Of a stretch of 64,000 nt of DNA, positions 59,760 through 64,000 are shown piece after piece. The translations under genes were made by a program, and so were the position numbers. Within the stretch, counting starts at the first letter, position 1. Every line of letters begins with the position of its first letter. This stretch comes from Azolla caroliniana. Its lineage: Eukaryota; Plantae; Polypodiophyta. The notes under the pieces are model-generated. The model had not been told where the DNA came from and ran no database searches. It saw nothing but the letters and a program-made list of their open reading frames with translations. The DNA lies in contig JBHGNT010000006.1 in assembly GCA_043228905.1 (NCBI GenBank), positions 20,274,001-20,338,000 on the forward strand, in the 5' to 3' direction.

Positions 59760-61788
59760 ATTCTCACTTGGGACAAGAGTTCCCTCTTGTTCCTTTCGTG
59801 ATTTGCCGGCACCGTTAGGAATTGGACGGATTTCCCTCCGTTTTGGCTCCGAATTCGCGCAAAAGCCGCACCACTATCGAGCACCTTCGTCTCCATCCGT
59901 GAAGCCGTGATAAAGGGTTGGCCGAGGATGACAGAATGTGAAACCTCATCCTGCACAAAGAAATTTTGGTCAATTTCGACATCCCCGATCTTTACCGTCA
60001 CATCCGGACAAGCCCAAATAGGTCTTCTGTCGTTTTCGTGGCTGCCCGAATCTTCCATCCATGGTTGGTGTTTATAGGCCACTTCCCCTTTCGGTAGAAC
60101 TCCTTGGACATCAAGTTGATCTCCGATCCGTGATCAATCAATGCTAGCACGGGTTCTTTGATGTTGCCGATTCGGACCGGAGTCTCCGTAGTCGCACGTG
60201 CCCAGTGTGGCCTTGTATAGTGGGAGTTCGGAATTTCGCCTTCCACTTCGGTGTCGTTCATTGAAACGGTATTTGCATTCACCCTTGGAGCATTTTCCTC
60301 CGTACTTTGTCTCTTCCTTTTCACGAGATCCACGAGAAGATCGTGAAACTCCTTCTTCGCTATTCCGAGTAGTTCCCGCAGCGAAAAATCTACCCGGCTA
60401 TCCAAGATTCTTTCCTCGAACACTCTTTTCAAGTCGGTTTGTTGTTCTATGTCCGAGGCGAGCTTGAATGCCGGAGTCGCCTTTTCTTTTCCCTTACCTC
60501 CGGAGTTCCAGCTTTCCGGTATCTTCGATGGTCCGGCCGCATCCTCCGTGCGCCGTCGTTTCTCGTCCACATACACCTCATGTAATTGACACAGGGCGTA
60601 TATGCTATTCTTGTCGACAGGGCACTCCCATCCCGTAGCTTCCCGGACGCCTTCCGCGGTGTTTCGGATATCGTTGGAGTCGGTTTTCTCGGTGTTTCCT
60701 AGCACCTCCGGCCAGAAAGACGCCTTCGCTCCCATTGACTCCCCGACACATATTCCCGCGGTTGTCGCATAGTTGCTTCTTGCTGCTAACTCCTCCTCGA
60801 GCACCTTCTTCATGCCGCCTTTCCGGAAGTTCGGTCGGAGTGGCTTCCGAGAGTCCATCGAATGAATCCGGTTTCCCTCGTAGTAGATGAGATCCCGTCG
60901 TAGCGCCTCCTTATGGTCGTCGCAATCCCTCCGATCGTGTTCGGCGCTATCGCACCATATGCACCGTCGATCCGTATATTTGGAGCTTGCGGGGCGGTCA
61001 TCCGACTTCTTCACCATCGCGATCTTTAGATTCTCCATCTCCTTCAGCAGCTGCTCCACCGTAGACGCGTCGACCCCCTTCTCGGCCGTAATCTCCCGAG
61101 CCCTCGGTTGATGGTCTTCCAGTCCCGTTCTCGGTTTCGGAATCGGTTCCGAAACCCTCTTTTCTTCGTTGGCAAGCCATTGCCCCCTCTTCGTGTACCG
61201 CGCGACGATATCCCGCACGCTTTCCCATGTTTCGGTGAGGCTGCTTTCGGTGGTCGTGTCCTCAAGAAGCACTCCGAGATCTTTCCGGTCCCGGACGTCC
61301 ACAGCTCGCAAAAACATGATGACTTTGTCCGGTGCAAGAATAGTTTGATCTCTCGCGGACAACCTCCCGAACCGACTTTCGAATGTCGAAAACACTTCGA
61401 GGACCTTCAGCCCCTTACCTGACGTTTCCACCCAATCCTCGAATCCCCTCCGCGTTGCCTTGGAGGAGTCCTCGATGGCAAACGTGGTCTTTAACGCCTC
61501 TTCGAATGCTTCCCACGTCGGATTTTGTTGTTGCAACCCGTGGATACTCCCTTGAAGCCCGTCGGTCGCCACCCGGTTAAAGGATGTCACTTGCAGTCCT
61601 TCCGAAGCCCGGCACCGGAGCATCTCCGCCTTGTAGTCCTGCAAATATCGCGACACATCCTTACCATTAAATTGCCCGTTGCGTTGCACGAGCCGCTCTA
61701 CTGATGCCGAAATCTCCGACATCGTGCGTTGTTCTTGAAGCATCCGTTCGAACATCGCCATCATATTGTTAGCTTGTTGAGCCTCCAT
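59750..61788 (-). CDS. gag: J Gag-protease (single 1-nt deletion in a G run near 60013)
   Basis: ORFs 59998-61875 and 59750-60082; CIWCDSAEHDRRDC knuckle; LIDHGSEINLM. Confidence 0.88.
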
Positions 61789-63053
61789 CTCCTTGCCACC
61801 CGTCTTCACGTCGGGTTCACCAACTGTGTCGTGCCTTTCGGCTCCGGATCGTTGCGTGAGTCGGGTGGGAACCACAGAGGTCTTGGACTAGGAGAAAAGA
61901 AGTTCGTGAGATAGAGATTAATTATGAGTAAATAGCAAAAAGAAAGATAAGAAACTCGTGAATCACACGAGTATACTATATTAATTAGTACTTAGGGTGT
62001 TAAGAGAGAAGTAGATGTGTAAATCGTGAATCCCACGAATAATTTTTGTATTGATTAATACTTAATCCAAATAATCAACAACCCTTTATATATTTCTCTC
62101 CTCCTTATATAAGGAAGGAAGAGCTAAGCATGGCTTCATGCTTTTTTTTTACAAAAAGTGTTCATGTCCACTATGTGATGCTTTTTTATTTCCTAAGTAT
62201 AGGGCTCATGCACGCTAGATGTGCATGAGTTATTTTTAGTGTCTCGTGTTTTTTTTCTTTTTCATATATTAAAAAAATACATGATTTACCTTTTAATAAA
62301 GGTATGCATAAATAAAGGTCTTATACGTATTAAATCTATATTTAAAACACTTAAGATAAGTTAATGTAATGGTAAGGTTGGGGTTTGTCAACGTGGAGGT
62401 GCAGAGTTCGAATCACGCCCTGCGCAGTAGTGAGTATTTCCTATTTTTTACATTTATGTCTCTTTATCCGGCTCTTCCTTGCCGGTATGCCGTTTTCTTC
62501 CTTGCCGGTATGCCGTTTTCCTCCTTGCCGGTATGCCGTTTTCTTCCGGTTCTCACCGAGCACTCCATTCTCTATCCGGAGGGACAAAAATATAATTTCC
62601 ACATAGTGTGCAACCTACACTACGACAGCGCGGATCGTGAGGCAGAACCGTTGGGGTTCTGGACCAGAAGGATTTAGAGTCGATACAAGCTTTGGCGAGA
62701 AAGTACTTAAGATAGATTGGGAAAGAGAGAAGTTGAGATTACACGATTGAGAGAGATTGATTGAACTTTTAACTTTAGATTTAAGAAACAAGTTACACGA
62801 TCAATTTGATAACGAATTTCTTCCTCTTAATTTTCATAAAAAAAACCGTGTTTTTTCTCCTCCCCCTTCCCTCTTTTATAGATGCTCTCATGCATATGAT
62901 GCATGTGAGGGTACAAGACATGCATAAATTGCATGTTTGCCATTTGGCGCTTATGTATTACATGTGGTGCATGATAACCATGTCACTCATTTTAGTTCTC
63001 ATGTATGAGAATTTACATGTAAAAGTACAATGATAGAAATATAATTTCAATTA

Positions 63054-63125
63054 AATAGCATGGCTTAATGGTAAGCCAATTGACTCCTTACTTGGAGGTG
63101 CAAGGTTCGAATCCTTACTTGCCCT
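63054..63125 (+). promoter_or_regulatory. tRNA-like A/B-box cassette in the I 5' LTR
   Basis: TGGCTTAATGG at 63061 and GGTTCGAATCC at 63104. Confidence 0.7.
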
Positions 63126-63171
63126 CCTTGTATATGTAAATATGTATATATATTTATATATTTATTTATCT

Positions 63172-63410
63172 AGTCGTCGGACGCCGGATGCCGTCGGTTA
63201 CTGTTGCCGTCGCCGGATGTCGTCGTCGGATACCGGTGCATTGTCGGATGCTGTCGGTCGCCGGATGTCGTCGCCGGATACCGGTGCATCGTCGGATGCT
63301 GTCGGTTACCGGTGCCGTCACCGGATACTGGTGCGTCGTCGGATGCCGTCGGTTACCGGTGTCGTCGCCAGATTGCCGTCGGATCACCGGCTCCATCGCC
63401 GGTCCGGTTT
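63172..63410. repeat. GC-rich variable tandem repeat in the I-family LTR
   Basis: GCCGTCGGTTACCGGT / GTCGCCGGAT modules; shorter versions at 16351-16510 and 49021-49130. Confidence 0.8.
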
Positions 63411-64000
63411 TGGTTGCCCAAAACCCTTTACGAGTAGCTAGCCCACCTCCACTCTTAGTTCAAGTTACCTTGAACTCTCTATGCTCCACACATAGACACA
63501 AAGATAACATCTTTTGCTCCACCTTATATATGATGAGAGCTGTATTTGTCGTGCCTATGTGGGATATCTCACAATTTTCTCCTTTCCTTTTACAAACTTT
63601 ATACTCTCATATCTTGACATTTAGTTGTCCGTTTCTCGTGTAATAAAGTGCATTCGAAACCTCCATCATTTTGTACTTAGATATTAAATCTATTTAAAAT
63701 GTTATCTTCACAATTATTGTACTACGTGATTCATACTCGATTTCGTACGTTTTATAGGATTTTCACACTATTGCCGAAAATCTTCACGACAGCGCGGTAG
63801 ATCGGCTCTTCGCGGCTTCGTTGTGCGGTTGCGTAATCCACACGTTATTGCGTAGTGTGCGCGGTTTGCGGAATCCACGTTATTGTGTAAGTCTTCAATA
63901 CTCCCCCTCAAGCTTGGTAGGTCAGGGATCGTCAATCCGAGATCGGTCATGAATTGACACAGCTTGTAGGCTCCTAAGGCTTCAGTGAAGATGTCGACTG

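Larger units (their letters stand above)
55360..62627 (-). mobile_element. Gypsy element J, very young
   Basis: 801-bp LTRs 55360-56160 and 61827-62627 with about 1 difference by eye; perfect tRNA-Trp PBS 61805-61822; PPT 56161-56172. Confidence 0.96.
48455..63791 (-). mobile_element. Gypsy element I (tRNA-Trp group), nearly intact
   Basis: 3' LTR 48455-49510; 5' LTR 55335-55353 plus 62628-63791; PBS 55309-55326; perfect 4-bp TSD GCGC. Confidence 0.94.
47909..64000 (-). mobile_element. Copia element K, 3' end (host of I; continues past the right edge)
   Basis: 3' LTR 47909-48275, PPT 48276-48288; RNase H end VDIFTEALG...LRGSI at about 63895-64000. Confidence 0.85.

Overview
This is repeat-dense plant nuclear DNA made almost entirely of nested transposons; a non-seed land plant such as a moss or fern is my inference, and I found no convincing host gene. 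Nesting was reconstructed from LTR termini, PBS/PPT and target-site duplications (TSDs). (1) A minus-strand Gypsy element A (1499-32193) is hit at its edge by a Copia (1-1498) and interrupted by full-length Copia B (4926-10872) and by plus-strand non-chromovirus Gypsy C (14248-31013). (2) C itself holds solo LTR D, a Copia solo LTR and the gag-only element F. (3) 32.2-41 kb holds a decayed spliced Ulp1-like transposon gene, a Copia solo LTR, LINE remnants and a deleted MULE. (4) The LINE is split by gag-only element H (40993-47120) and by Copia K. K holds Gypsy I (48455-63791), whose 5' LTR holds the very young Gypsy J (55360-62627). The main finding is that A, D, I, J, F and H form one tRNA-Trp-primed Gypsy group with an unusual set of traits: 4-bp TSDs centred on CG; a tRNA-like A-box/B-box cassette carried antisense in three dissimilar LTR families; a G_GAU_UUU -1 frameshift plus pseudoknot between Gag-protease and RT; a DHG protease motif; and gag-only non-autonomous partners sharing its cis signals. 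Everything was read by eye, with no database searches.
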